DNA of 32,313 nt from a virus (lineage: Duplodnaviria > Caudoviricetes), in IMG/VR virus record IMGVR_UViG_3300037583_000020, positions 1-32,313 of that record. One strand, 5' to 3'. The notes below the pieces were generated by a model, which saw nothing but the letters and a program-made list of their open reading frames with translations, searched no databases and was not told where the DNA came from. A program made the translations under genes and the position numbers. Positions 15,904-25,881 of the stretch are shown here, piece by piece. The stretch's first letter is position 1, and each line of letters opens with the position of its first letter.

Positions 15904-17573
15904 TGAACCCATTAACGAGAGCAATGGATGATATATATAAAAGAAAACCACAATCTATATCACCTGCCGGAAACCGGGAATTGTTACAAAACTACCGACC
16001 GACCCCAAAGCCGTTGCCGGCATTTTCCCCCGCTGGACAACAGCTTTTAGACAGAACGCCTGATTTGGGTATTAGCTATCGCTCAGAGACGATTCCAACC
16101 AAGACCCCCAGTTTTTCATTTCCTACGGAAGGTAAAGAATTATCCTTTTCACCCTTACGAAAAGCCCTCCTTCGGCTTCCCGGCAGAGATACAACTAATC
16201 GGTTACCTCTTCCCCAATCTAGAAGAGATACAATCAATCGGTTACCTAGAGAGCAGTCTAGAAGACAGACCCAGACAGAAGGCAGCGGGAAGATTATTAA
16301 GATACCCGATGAACCCCCGTTTGAGCATGTAGAAGATAAGGAAAGCGAGGAAGACACAACCGAAGACACAACCAAGGAAAAATGGGACCTGGAGAAATGG
16401 AAAAGACCATCCTGGTGGACTAGCTTTAGAAATTACCGGAATTTAGCTGGTTCGCAGGAATGGGAAGGGAGAGGTGTAGATCCTTCATGGGTTAAACAGG
16501 GATGGTGGCGTTCCCCTGATTGGCCTGATTATATCATTTGGCACCCTTACTGGGGATGGCAGAATTTTAATAAGGTGGCCGAGTTATATAAAAAAGCAGG
16601 GGGTCCGGTAAGCTGGCAAGATTTTATTAGCTGGCCATTAAGTCAAAATGTGGTCGGTCTTTGGGATCAATACTTTGATAACCTTCAATACACTAATCCC
16701 GAGAGTGGGAATGGTGATGGCAGTGGACGGAATGGTGATGGCAGTGGACAGACGCTCGTTTATGGTCCTTATGAACCCCCACCCGGTGTGGATATTCAGT
16801 TATTTAAACCGGGAGAGGCCACCTCAATGCTAGATATTTTTGGCTATACTGGGCCAATCCCCATTAATCCTTATGAGCAATCTGCCCTTGATTATATAGG
16901 CCAGATGTATCTTGACCAGCAACCACTTCAGACATTAGCTCCGGCCGAGAGCTTTTATAACTTTGCTTTAGCTGGTGGATTGTCCCCCACTGGAGCGATG
17001 TTCCGGAATGCAGTTTACAACGCAATTGCAAATCAGGCTTTCCGGGATTTACGAAGAGCCCAAAAGATGTTAGCCAGCAGGTTTAGTAATTTAGGTGGTT
17101 ATTTTGGTGGCAGACACGCCCTTGCCCAGGCATTACTTGCAGATGAGGTTCTGTCTAATCTTCAGAAGACCTTAGCTGATATAAATCTTGCAGGCTGGAA
17201 TCAGAATGTCGCCTCGATGTTTCAGGGTGCTGGTGGCCTTACAGGATTAGCGACTACCAAACAGGGGTTACAGAATCAAATCCTGCAGAACTTGTTAACC
17301 GGTGGAAGCCTGTTAACACAGAGAGAGGCACTTAATAGGGCCGAATATCAGAATGCTTTACAGCGAGCTTATGAGGATTGGCTCAGGGCAAGACAAGAAG
17401 AGATGGTGCCTTTCCAGATGGCATTGGCATTGATGGGTATGAATCCCATTGAAAATATTGCCCAACCGCCACAACCGAGTGCGTGGAGTTACCTATTGGG
17501 TGGATTAGGAAGCGGACTTGGAAACTTGCTGGGCTATTTTACGGGGGCAAAACTCTTAAAATTCCTTGGATGA
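15903..17573 (+). CDS. Putative ejection (pilot) protein 2
   Basis: Q/A/G-rich helical C-terminal half with GGYFGGRH and a terminal Gly-rich hydrophobic segment. The N-terminal half is disordered and contains repeats. Confidence 0.65.
   Translation: MNPLTRAMDDIYKRKPQSISPAGNRELLQNYRPTPKPLPAFSPAGQQLLDRTPDLGISYRSETIPTKTPSFSFPTEGKELSFSPLRKALLRLPGRDTTNRLPLPQSRRDTINRLPREQSRRQTQTEGSGKIIKIPDEPPFEHVEDKESEEDTTEDTTKEKWDLEKWKRPSWWTSFRNYRNLAGSQEWEGRGVDPSWVKQGWWRSPDWPDYIIWHPYWGWQNFNKVAELYKKAGGPVSWQDFISWPLSQNVVGLWDQYFDNLQYTNPESGNGDGSGRNGDGSGQTLVYGPYEPPPGVDIQLFKPGEATSMLDIFGYTGPIPINPYEQSALDYIGQMYLDQQPLQTLAPAESFYNFALAGGLSPTGAMFRNAVYNAIANQAFRDLRRAQKMLASRFSNLGGYFGGRHALAQALLADEVLSNLQKTLADINLAGWNQNVASMFQGAGGLTGLATTKQGLQNQILQNLLTGGSLLTQREALNRAEYQNALQRAYEDWLRARQEEMVPFQMALALMGMNPIENIAQPPQPSAWSYLLGGLGSGLGNLLGYFTGAKLLKFLG
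16708..16749 (+). repeat. Perfect 21-bp tandem duplication (in frame)
   Basis: GGAATGGTGATGGCAGTGGAC x2, encoding GNGDGSG/RNGDGSG. Confidence 0.9.
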
Positions 17574-17585
17574 GGAGAAATAGCA

Positions 17586-18914
17586 ATGGCAACAATAGTT
17601 AAACCAACCCCATCACCACTAACAATGCTTTTGAGTGGTCTTAGCAGTGGTATAAACCGAGCCTTAAACCAGGCATTGACATATAAAATGCTTCAGAATT
17701 ACCAAACAGGACTTATGAAAGCCAGAGCAGAGGAAGAGGCGATACAGCAGAGGGAGAAACTTGCTAAAGACATTTACAACGATTACATCACTGGAAAGCT
17801 GGATGCAAGAGTAGTTCTTTCTGAGCCGTTTCTTGCAACGGTGAGATATTATCAGCTTGATAAACACCCCATGATTCAGGCGATCCTTACGGATGCACAG
17901 CGGTGGAGAGGCCCCCTACCCGGAAGCAATGTTCAGCCTTATACGGGAGAAGATGTAACTAGACGGCCTCTTGCTATGACACTTCAGCAGATAAAGAGAG
18001 AGGGATGGGAAGAAGCTGGAAAAGAGGAAGCAACCAAGGGGGTTATTAAGACAGAGGAGTATATGAAGAAGCTGAGGGATTTAGGATTAAAGACCGGACC
18101 AGAAACAATAGAACAGGCATCAATTGGCCCCGGCGGGATTTCAGTTGACATAAGAACACCCATTGAAGCGAGAGAGACAGCAGAAGAAAAAGCAGAAAAG
18201 ATGAGAGAAAGGACAATTGAGGAGCAGGATAGACGGTTCAAATTTTATACCGGCCTGAATGAGCTACAACAGAAAGTTACAAACATTCAGATGAACATTC
18301 TGAAATATGTTAAAGAACCGGCCGGTAGCGAAGCGATTATCGAAAGCCTCAAAGGAATAAACATAAACGGTAAATCTCCCATCAGCCAGTCTTTGGTTCA
18401 GCGTATTTTGGGTGGCGAGACGGATAATTACAAAGTTAGGAAAAACAGGGCAAGGCTATTGGTGAAAACGATAAACAATCAACTTATTAAGAAGATAAAC
18501 ATAGCTAACAAGCTGAGAGCGAAGGATTTGGGTATTGAGTGGAGTGAAGACTTTGAGATTGAGCCAATCCCAGAAGATATACTTATTGATGAGATTAAGG
18601 TGGAAGACATTTCCAAGGAATCAAAAGAATCTGTTAAGAGGGATAAACCAATTACACCGGTAGTTCCCACAGCAAAAGTTGATAAAAAGATAGAAGAGGG
18701 AAACAAGAAGATATTTGAGAGAGTAAACAGGGCTTATACAGAGATTATTTCGGCAATTGAGGAAGTTAAGTCTGAAGGAAAGAAATTACTTCCAGCAGAC
18801 GTAATGAGAGAGGTATATGCAATTATTCCCGACTTAAAAGCAGAAGGCCTGACGGATGCGGAGATAAATCATCTCTTAGAGAAAGTTAGGGAATACCTCT
18901 CTAAGACGCCTTAA
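17586..18914 (+). CDS. Putative ejection protein 3
   Basis: N-terminal LLSGLSSGIN amphipathic segment followed by a charged helical body. Context supports the call. Confidence 0.6.
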   Translation: MATIVKPTPSPLTMLLSGLSSGINRALNQALTYKMLQNYQTGLMKARAEEEAIQQREKLAKDIYNDYITGKLDARVVLSEPFLATVRYYQLDKHPMIQAILTDAQRWRGPLPGSNVQPYTGEDVTRRPLAMTLQQIKREGWEEAGKEEATKGVIKTEEYMKKLRDLGLKTGPETIEQASIGPGGISVDIRTPIEARETAEEKAEKMRERTIEEQDRRFKFYTGLNELQQKVTNIQMNILKYVKEPAGSEAIIESLKGININGKSPISQSLVQRILGGETDNYKVRKNRARLLVKTINNQLIKKINIANKLRAKDLGIEWSEDFEIEPIPEDILIDEIKVEDISKESKESVKRDKPITPVVPTAKVDKKIEEGNKKIFERVNRAYTEIISAIEEVKSEGKKLLPADVMREVYAIIPDLKAEGLTDAEINHLLEKVREYLSKTP

Positions 18915-18916
18915 AA

Positions 18917-21900
18917 ATGAGTATATTCGAGAGACTAAAAGAATCGTTATTAAATACACAACCACAGACAGAGCCCGAGCCTGCTATTTTTGATAAATTA
19001 AAAGGCCGGCTTCTCCAGGTGCAACCGAGTCCAGAATCAATAGAGAGAGTTTTTGTTCCACCAGAGATTAGGCTAAGACCCCCAGAGGAAGCACATAAGG
19101 AAGCCGAAATAAAGATGCCGGTTTTAGAAGAAACAGCATCTAAAATTTATGTAGAGCCCCCAGAAGAGCCCCAGAAAACGCAACCTCCACACATAGATAA
19201 AGCACCACCAACACTTGACTTATTTTCCCCCGGGATAGACTTCTTAGTCACCCAATTAGGACTAAAGGATTATATTTCACCCAAGAAGATTAAAGAAGCC
19301 GGAGAGAAGCTTTCTGAGTTTAGCACAGGGTTTCTTGAAGGTTTGGCAGATGAAATGACCCTGGGGATGACCAAGAAGCCCTATAAATACGAGCCCAGGA
19401 CACCCATTGAAGCATTAGGAAATGTAATAGGGCGGTTTACCGGTTTCTTTGGGACACCGATGATGTATGGCGGTAGCTTGGGGAGTATGGCAGTAAAAGG
19501 TGGAGTAAGGGCCCTTGAGAAGGCTGGAATGCCAGTTTTTGCACAGATGCTCAGGGAAAGTGTTCCACTGGGATTTGCTTCCTTATTTTCTGACCTTTCA
19601 AAAGAAGGGATCGAACACGCTCCCCAACGTGCTTTACACGCATTTTTGTTTGGTGCAGTTCTAGGTGGAAATAAGTTTATTGATTTTAATAAAACACCAT
19701 TACTCTCCAAGTTTATAAGGCAGTTTTCATCCCGGGCATTGCTTAATTTACTCAATCAGTATGATCCACAGACAATTCGCAAGATTGCTAATGACATAGC
19801 GAGAGGAAAGATAACACCTGAGACTTCGCAGGCCTTTTTTGACGAGCTTCTTTTAACTGTCTTCTCTTCTCATAAACTTCCAGATTATATCCGGAATAAA
19901 CCGTTAAGAGAGATCTTCAGACAGTTAGATAATGAGGTGGCAGAACTCAGAAAGGCAGGAGCTGCACTTAAAGAACTGAAGCACTGGAGAGCCTTAAAGC
20001 ACTATTTGGTTACCCCAGAGAACATTAGGGTTCCTTATGAGTGGCTTAGACAGGCAGAAGATATAAATAAACTTCCTGACTTAATGGAGCAATGGAAAGA
20101 ACTAGGAGAAAAACACGAATACAAAAAAAGACATAGAACGTGGCAGGAGTATAGCTCTAGCGATCCGTTAATGAGCTTTATCAAGTTTCAATACGGAAGA
20201 ATTAGGCCAAATTCTATTTATTCGTATAAAGAACTCAAAAAGATATTTCCCGAAGATATGCTGGTTCGTCCAGAAGAGGCCAAGAAGAACCCCTATATTG
20301 GTGTCACTATGGATGAGCTAGCCTCGGAGTTAGCAACTGGCGTTAGAGAAAGAAACCAGACATTTATTTCGATGCTGGGAGATATTGTTACAAAAATTCC
20401 CGACAGCGGTTATTCTTCAGATGTTTTTGAATTTTTAGCAAAGAGAGCATCAAGATTCAGGCGAGGATTACCCCCGGATAGTTATACCCCTCACGAGTTA
20501 AGAAGAATGGAAAGAGAAAGAGCCCGAGATGAAGAAATAACACTTTTAGAAGATGAACTTGGAGAAGCATTTGATAAGGCCAGTGGTTATTACTTGGATT
20601 TTAATGACAAGGTTATTTTAAACATTGCTAAAAAAGTCTCAACTGGGCGGTTACTTAATAGAGAAAAAATTATTGAAAAGCTACAGAAGAGAGCTGAAGA
20701 GGCTGGTTTTAGAAAAACTGAAGAGACGGATCTCCAGCCCTTAGATGTGGCCTTAGAGAACATAAAAAGAAGAAAAGAAAAATTCAGTAAGTTACTGAGC
20801 GAGGAAGAGAAGCCCCCGGTTAAAACCGAGGTATCGCCAGAATTCAAGGAAGAGCTAGAAACGATAAAAAGATTAGCAGAGAAAGAGTTTGCCGGGGAGA
20901 GAGAAACGCTGGAAGACTTTCTTGAAAGACACGGAATTGAGATAGCCCGGGAAGAAAAACCCACAAGAGAAAAGACTGTCGAGGAAATGCTCAAAGAGCT
21001 AGAAGAGGCTGAGCCGGTTATGATGGAAGGTCTAACCGTTGGTCTTGTCCGGCCAGGCGAAGGGGAGAGAGCTATCCAGTTACTAAAAGAGAAATACCCA
21101 GATGCAATATTAGGGGTGGGACAGCCTGGAAAGGTTTCCAAGGAATTAATAGAGACAGCCGAGAAGCTAGTGGAGCGTGTTTCTACCGAGGATATTATAA
21201 AGAGTTTAGCTAATAGATATTACGAAGAGACAGAACCTAAAGAGCCGATAATTGGATTAGGCATTCAGAAACTAAAACGAGCATTAAAGGGAGAAGAGAA
21301 AACAGGAGAGATAAAGCTTTCTGATAGGTTTGAAAAAGTTTTCCAGACTTATAGAAAAGTCCCTCACGAGGGCATTTTAACTCAGATGAAGAAGGCAGTA
21401 AGCAAGATCTTTAGTGGCTTCAGGGCCTACCCCACCATGCCAAATAAAGCAGAATACATTGTCCCAAAGGAGGCCTTTAGACAAATAAAGGCTTATCGAG
21501 GCGTGGTTCCACAAGAGGCTTATGAGGCAATAAATGGAATTATCGCTGGTCTTAGTGATGCTGAAATCAGTAATTTCAGGAAATATGTGTGGCTCGCAGA
21601 CCTTTATCAAACAGCAAGAATCAACAAAGATTTAAAGCTTTTAGATTATGGGTTTACCAGAGAAGAGGTAGAGAGAGAATATAAAGAATTCTTTAATAAA
21701 ATCAAATCCCAGAAAAAGGTTTTAGAGGCAGTCAGGAGAAGGGCTGAGCTTTATAGGGCTATTCAACGAGATTTTATTAACCTGGGAAGAAGCTTGGGAG
21801 CCGATTTTTCTCATATATTCAATCGTCCTGATTATTTCAGACACCTGGTTATTGATTATGTAATTGAGGAGAACATAAAAGGAAAAGGGACGGGAAGGCT

Positions 21901-24136
21901 TAAAGTCCCTAGAGGCCGGAGTTATATGAGACAGAGAAAGGGTGGTTATACCAAGGGAGAGCTAGAAGATCTTCAGAAGCTGGGATTAGAGCCAAAACAT
22001 CATGCCTATATTACAGAATATGCGGTGGCCGAGCATGATGTATTAACCAGGTTATTAATGGACCTGAAGGTCCTTCGAGAGCTTAACCGCATTGCTCACG
22101 AATACGATGACCTGTTAGCGAACATAAAGCAAAAAGCTAAAGAGATGGGGGTTAAGAATTGGCACTTTTTAATTCCCAAAGACTTTAAGCTGTATCAGTT
22201 TGACCCCGGAAAGTATCTGTATAGCGGAAAGGTTATAACAGATAGAATTGTAGAGCAGGTCTTAAGGGATCCTACTTTAGTTGGGAAGGAAGAGACCGTT
22301 GAGAGAATCATAGACAAAGCAAGGGATGCACTCATTATAGGACAGGATAAGCCGTATTTCCTAATCCGGGAAGGGACAGAGAGAGCATTAAACCAGTTCT
22401 TTAAGAGAAGCGATGATACCCTAATTAAAGAAGTCTGGAGAAAGTTCCACACCAATGTGAAGCGATGGTTTTTGCTTAGCCCGAGATATGTAACAAAATA
22501 CAACATAAGAAACTTTACAGGTGACGCCCAGGCTGTATTTATCGGAAACCCCCGGGCTTTTAAGTATTTACCGAAGTCAATAAAGGACTTATACGAAGCA
22601 TTTGTTAGAAAAACAGGAATGTCACCCGAGCTGAGGGAATTCTTTAGACTGGGTGGTGTTAGGAGTTCATTCCATATCCAGGAGCTAGGGGATTTAGGAA
22701 GGCTATATGAGCAAATAACCCAAGGCTCAATTGCTAAGAATGAAAGTGCTTTCAAGAAAATAGTTGGTGGTTACTTTAAGAAGATGGGAGCGGTTTCTGA
22801 GGTTAGAGAAGCACTTCTTAGATATGCCAATTACTTAAGCATTAAGGACGAAATAATCAGGAATGGTGGAAAGCCGAAGAGTTACTACGCTTCAATTAAG
22901 GGAGAAATTGACGCCCTCCCCTCAATTGAAGAAAAGGCCTACAGATTAGCAAATGAGCTTCTGGGTAATTATGAGGAGTTATCAACTATAGGAGAGGCAT
23001 TAAGAGGTTCAATATTTCCCTTCTGGAGCTGGCAGGAAGTCAACACTAGAAGATATTACAGGCTGTATAGAAATGCCATAGCTGAGGCTAAAATTATCCC
23101 GGCCTTAGCCAGAACAATAGCTGGCACGGCGATGTTTAAAGCACCTTATTATACATATCTATTAGGAAGAATAGCATTAAAGGGATATCTCTTGTATGCA
23201 ATTTATAATGTTCTGAATAATATTTTCTATGGTGAAGCAGAACAATCTTTAAGCGAAGAGCAGAGGGCAAGAACCCACCTGTTTCTTCCTCCGTTTATCC
23301 AAAAAGAGCTAAGAAAGGCTTTTAATATCCCCGAGGGAAAAGTTATTTACTTCAACCGTTTGGGTTCTCTTGACGATTTGATGTCTTGGTTTGCTTTAGA
23401 TTCTCTCCCGATTTTTATCCACAGGTATAAGACGGGGGAGATGTCTCTAAAAGAGATTTTAAAAGAAATGGCTGAAGCACCAATTGACAAGGCTTACCAG
23501 CTCCTTCATCCTGCGATGAAGATTCCACTTGAGCTTGCTACAGGAATGTCTATTTTCCCTGAATTCGATGAACCCAGGTTAATAAAAGATAAGACCCTCT
23601 ATTTGGCTAGATCGGTCGGCTTAGAAGAGCTTTACAGAGCCCTGAAAAAAGATGTTCCTGATAAGCCAATTGGTGAGACAATCCTTAATTACTTGTTTTA
23701 TGTTGCTGATGGTGATGCCTCTGCTTACTACGATATTTTTGACAAGGAGACTATGTTCCTTAAGAAGCTAGGGAAAGATTACACGGGTGGCATTATAACT
23801 AATAAGACCCCAATTCTCTACCACATGGCCCAGTCCTTGAGATTTGGTGATAAAGAATCATTTAAGATCCTGCTGTCTCAATATATCGAGGAAGTAATTA
23901 ATTCCTCACTGCTAAAGACAGAAAAAGAGGTTAGAGACTCTATCAAGAAAGGGATTACTCAATCAATTAAGAACCTAGCCCCCCTATCAAGGTTAAACAA
24001 AAGAGAGAAGGCTGTATTTTTAGCCACCCTAAGCTCAGAGGACTGGGAAAAGCTTGAGCGGGCTAATAGGCATTATCAAGAATTAGTAGAGACCCTTCTT
24101 GAATGGGTTAACGAATTAAAGAAGGAAGGTGAATAA
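18917..24136 (+). CDS. Large internal virion / ejection protein (1739 aa)
   Basis: Mostly helical. C-terminal YNIRNFTGD, ELLGNYEEL, IFPFWSW and KIPLELATG segments resemble the C-terminal regions of large podoviral ejection / polyvalent proteins. Confidence 0.7.
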   Translation: MSIFERLKESLLNTQPQTEPEPAIFDKLKGRLLQVQPSPESIERVFVPPEIRLRPPEEAHKEAEIKMPVLEETASKIYVEPPEEPQKTQPPHIDKAPPTLDLFSPGIDFLVTQLGLKDYISPKKIKEAGEKLSEFSTGFLEGLADEMTLGMTKKPYKYEPRTPIEALGNVIGRFTGFFGTPMMYGGSLGSMAVKGGVRALEKAGMPVFAQMLRESVPLGFASLFSDLSKEGIEHAPQRALHAFLFGAVLGGNKFIDFNKTPLLSKFIRQFSSRALLNLLNQYDPQTIRKIANDIARGKITPETSQAFFDELLLTVFSSHKLPDYIRNKPLREIFRQLDNEVAELRKAGAALKELKHWRALKHYLVTPENIRVPYEWLRQAEDINKLPDLMEQWKELGEKHEYKKRHRTWQEYSSSDPLMSFIKFQYGRIRPNSIYSYKELKKIFPEDMLVRPEEAKKNPYIGVTMDELASELATGVRERNQTFISMLGDIVTKIPDSGYSSDVFEFLAKRASRFRRGLPPDSYTPHELRRMERERARDEEITLLEDELGEAFDKASGYYLDFNDKVILNIAKKVSTGRLLNREKIIEKLQKRAEEAGFRKTEETDLQPLDVALENIKRRKEKFSKLLSEEEKPPVKTEVSPEFKEELETIKRLAEKEFAGERETLEDFLERHGIEIAREEKPTREKTVEEMLKELEEAEPVMMEGLTVGLVRPGEGERAIQLLKEKYPDAILGVGQPGKVSKELIETAEKLVERVSTEDIIKSLANRYYEETEPKEPIIGLGIQKLKRALKGEEKTGEIKLSDRFEKVFQTYRKVPHEGILTQMKKAVSKIFSGFRAYPTMPNKAEYIVPKEAFRQIKAYRGVVPQEAYEAINGIIAGLSDAEISNFRKYVWLADLYQTARINKDLKLLDYGFTREEVEREYKEFFNKIKSQKKVLEAVRRRAELYRAIQRDFINLGRSLGADFSHIFNRPDYFRHLVIDYVIEENIKGKGTGRLKVPRGRSYMRQRKGGYTKGELEDLQKLGLEPKHHAYITEYAVAEHDVLTRLLMDLKVLRELNRIAHEYDDLLANIKQKAKEMGVKNWHFLIPKDFKLYQFDPGKYLYSGKVITDRIVEQVLRDPTLVGKEETVERIIDKARDALIIGQDKPYFLIREGTERALNQFFKRSDDTLIKEVWRKFHTNVKRWFLLSPRYVTKYNIRNFTGDAQAVFIGNPRAFKYLPKSIKDLYEAFVRKTGMSPELREFFRLGGVRSSFHIQELGDLGRLYEQITQGSIAKNESAFKKIVGGYFKKMGAVSEVREALLRYANYLSIKDEIIRNGGKPKSYYASIKGEIDALPSIEEKAYRLANELLGNYEELSTIGEALRGSIFPFWSWQEVNTRRYYRLYRNAIAEAKIIPALARTIAGTAMFKAPYYTYLLGRIALKGYLLYAIYNVLNNIFYGEAEQSLSEEQRARTHLFLPPFIQKELRKAFNIPEGKVIYFNRLGSLDDLMSWFALDSLPIFIHRYKTGEMSLKEILKEMAEAPIDKAYQLLHPAMKIPLELATGMSIFPEFDEPRLIKDKTLYLARSVGLEELYRALKKDVPDKPIGETILNYLFYVADGDASAYYDIFDKETMFLKKLGKDYTGGIITNKTPILYHMAQSLRFGDKESFKILLSQYIEEVINSSLLKTEKEVRDSIKKGITQSIKNLAPLSRLNKREKAVFLATLSSEDWEKLERANRHYQELVETLLEWVNELKKEGE

Positions 24137-24507
24137 TGGCTGGAGCTAAACACCTTCAAAACATGAAGAGGAGAAGCCCGGGAAGGCCCAAAAGTCCCTT
24201 CAATGAGATTGTGGACCTTTCTGATGAGGATTTAAAGCAAAGGCTTCCGAGAAAAGTTTACGAGACCATGTATTGTGCTGTCTCTCTTTTGCTGAATAAG
24301 TTTTTGAGGGACAAAAAAAGCAAGTCCCAGTTTGAGGCTGCAAAATTTGTTGTCGGACTAATGGGAGACGAAAAGTTTATGAGAGTGGTCAAGTCAATTG
24401 AAGACAGTATAGGGAATTCATCTGGAGTAGTTGAATGGGGAAAACCAATGCCCGTGGCAGATATACCGAAACCTAAAAAGGAGAAGCAAGACACAGAGGG
24501 AGAATAA
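24136..24507 (+). CDS. terS: Putative terminase small subunit
   Basis: 123 aa with an N-terminal PGRPK motif. Directly abuts terL. Confidence 0.6.
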   Translation: MAGAKHLQNMKRRSPGRPKSPFNEIVDLSDEDLKQRLPRKVYETMYCAVSLLLNKFLRDKKSKSQFEAAKFVVGLMGDEKFMRVVKSIEDSIGNSSGVVEWGKPMPVADIPKPKKEKQDTEGE

Positions 24508-25875
24508 ATGAGGCTTAAATACGTTCCTCACGAGAAGCAGTTGATGGTTCACAAAGCTCTTAGTCCGCCCTATCGAGGTGTAGTTGTTATGGTTATAGCT
24601 GGACGGCGGTTCGGAAAGACGGTTTTAGCAGTCAACGAGATTATTAAGAGGGCAATAGAAACACCCCACGCCAGAATTTGGTATTTAGCCCCAACCAAGG
24701 ACCAGGCCTACAGAATTGCCTGGCGAGTGATGCTGAAATATTTACCGGCTGAGCTCATGAGAAAAAAGAGAGAAGATAAACACTATATTGAGCTTTACAA
24801 CGACAGCCTCATAGAGTTTCTTGGAACACAGGAAGAGATCTTCTTGCTCGGTGCTGGGCTTCACTTTGTGGTTTTCGATGAGTTTCCCACCATCCCCTAC
24901 TCTGTCTGGTTTGATACAGTTAAGCCAATGTTAGCTGACCACAACGGGGATGCATTATTTATTGGGACCGTTCCGGATCCAAAGATTCACAACATCACGC
25001 TTGAATTTCTTGATATGTATGACGAGATTTTTGCCACAACAGGAAACACGGAAGAGCCGAGAGCCTTTAACTTTTCCTCGTTTGATAACCCTTATATAAG
25101 CCACGAGAAGCTTAAAAAAGACATTGAGGAATTAAAGAGGAAAGGAAGAGAAGCTGATGCCCACAGGCTTTACTTTGGGAAATACACTAGGGAATATGGG
25201 CTGGTTTTCCCGTTGTTTTCCCATAGGCAACACGTTGTTCAGCCCTTTGAAATTCCCAATACCTGGACAAGGGTTATGGCTATTGACCCTCATCCCCAGA
25301 AGCCGATTTATGGATTGTGGTGTGCAATAGATCCGCGAGGTCATCACTGGTTTTATAGAGAGGTTAAGTTTGAAATGGATGACGGAAGACCGATGACCGT
25401 GCCGGAATCAGCAATGGAAATTATCAGGATTGAAGGACAGGCAAAAGAAAAGGTTAAAGCCAGATTTATTGACCCAACTCATGCCAAGGTAGAGCAAAAG
25501 ACACTAGGAATCAAGTCTATTCATGAGCTTTATAGAAGACAAGGATTGTTCTTTAAAACGGCTAATAGAGACTTTAATACCTTCTTCCATCGTTTCAGCG
25601 ATATGCTTGCTGAGGTTCCAGAACCCATGGTTCATATCTTCCAATCGTGTCCGGAATTCATTTTCCAGCTAAAGACTTATACCTGGGATAGCTGGGCTAG
25701 TCTGAGGGCAAGAGAAGAAAAAGGAAGAAAAGACAGACCGAAGAAGGTAAATGATGATTTTATTGACTGTGCTAAATACATAATAAACGCCAACGTGAAG
25801 CACGTTGAGTTAGAGGACATAAAAGCATATAGGGCCCAGTTAGAAAGACGCTGGGCAACAGGACAATTCCTATAA
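24508..25875 (+). CDS. terL: Terminase large subunit
   Basis: PHEKQ adenine-binding motif, Walker A AGRRFGKT, YLAPT, Walker B VVFDE, IGT, nuclease motifs AIDP, FIDP and NDDFIDCAKY. Confidence 0.95.
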   Translation: MRLKYVPHEKQLMVHKALSPPYRGVVVMVIAGRRFGKTVLAVNEIIKRAIETPHARIWYLAPTKDQAYRIAWRVMLKYLPAELMRKKREDKHYIELYNDSLIEFLGTQEEIFLLGAGLHFVVFDEFPTIPYSVWFDTVKPMLADHNGDALFIGTVPDPKIHNITLEFLDMYDEIFATTGNTEEPRAFNFSSFDNPYISHEKLKKDIEELKRKGREADAHRLYFGKYTREYGLVFPLFSHRQHVVQPFEIPNTWTRVMAIDPHPQKPIYGLWCAIDPRGHHWFYREVKFEMDDGRPMTVPESAMEIIRIEGQAKEKVKARFIDPTHAKVEQKTLGIKSIHELYRRQGLFFKTANRDFNTFFHRFSDMLAEVPEPMVHIFQSCPEFIFQLKTYTWDSWASLRAREEKGRKDRPKKVNDDFIDCAKYIINANVKHVELEDIKAYRAQLERRWATGQFL

Positions 25876-25881
25876 GGGGGT

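Noticed and set aside
18917-24136. Tape-measure protein or virion RNA polymerase
   Set aside because: No tail tube or sheath genes, tape-measure repeats or polymerase motifs were recognised. The context fits an ejection protein.
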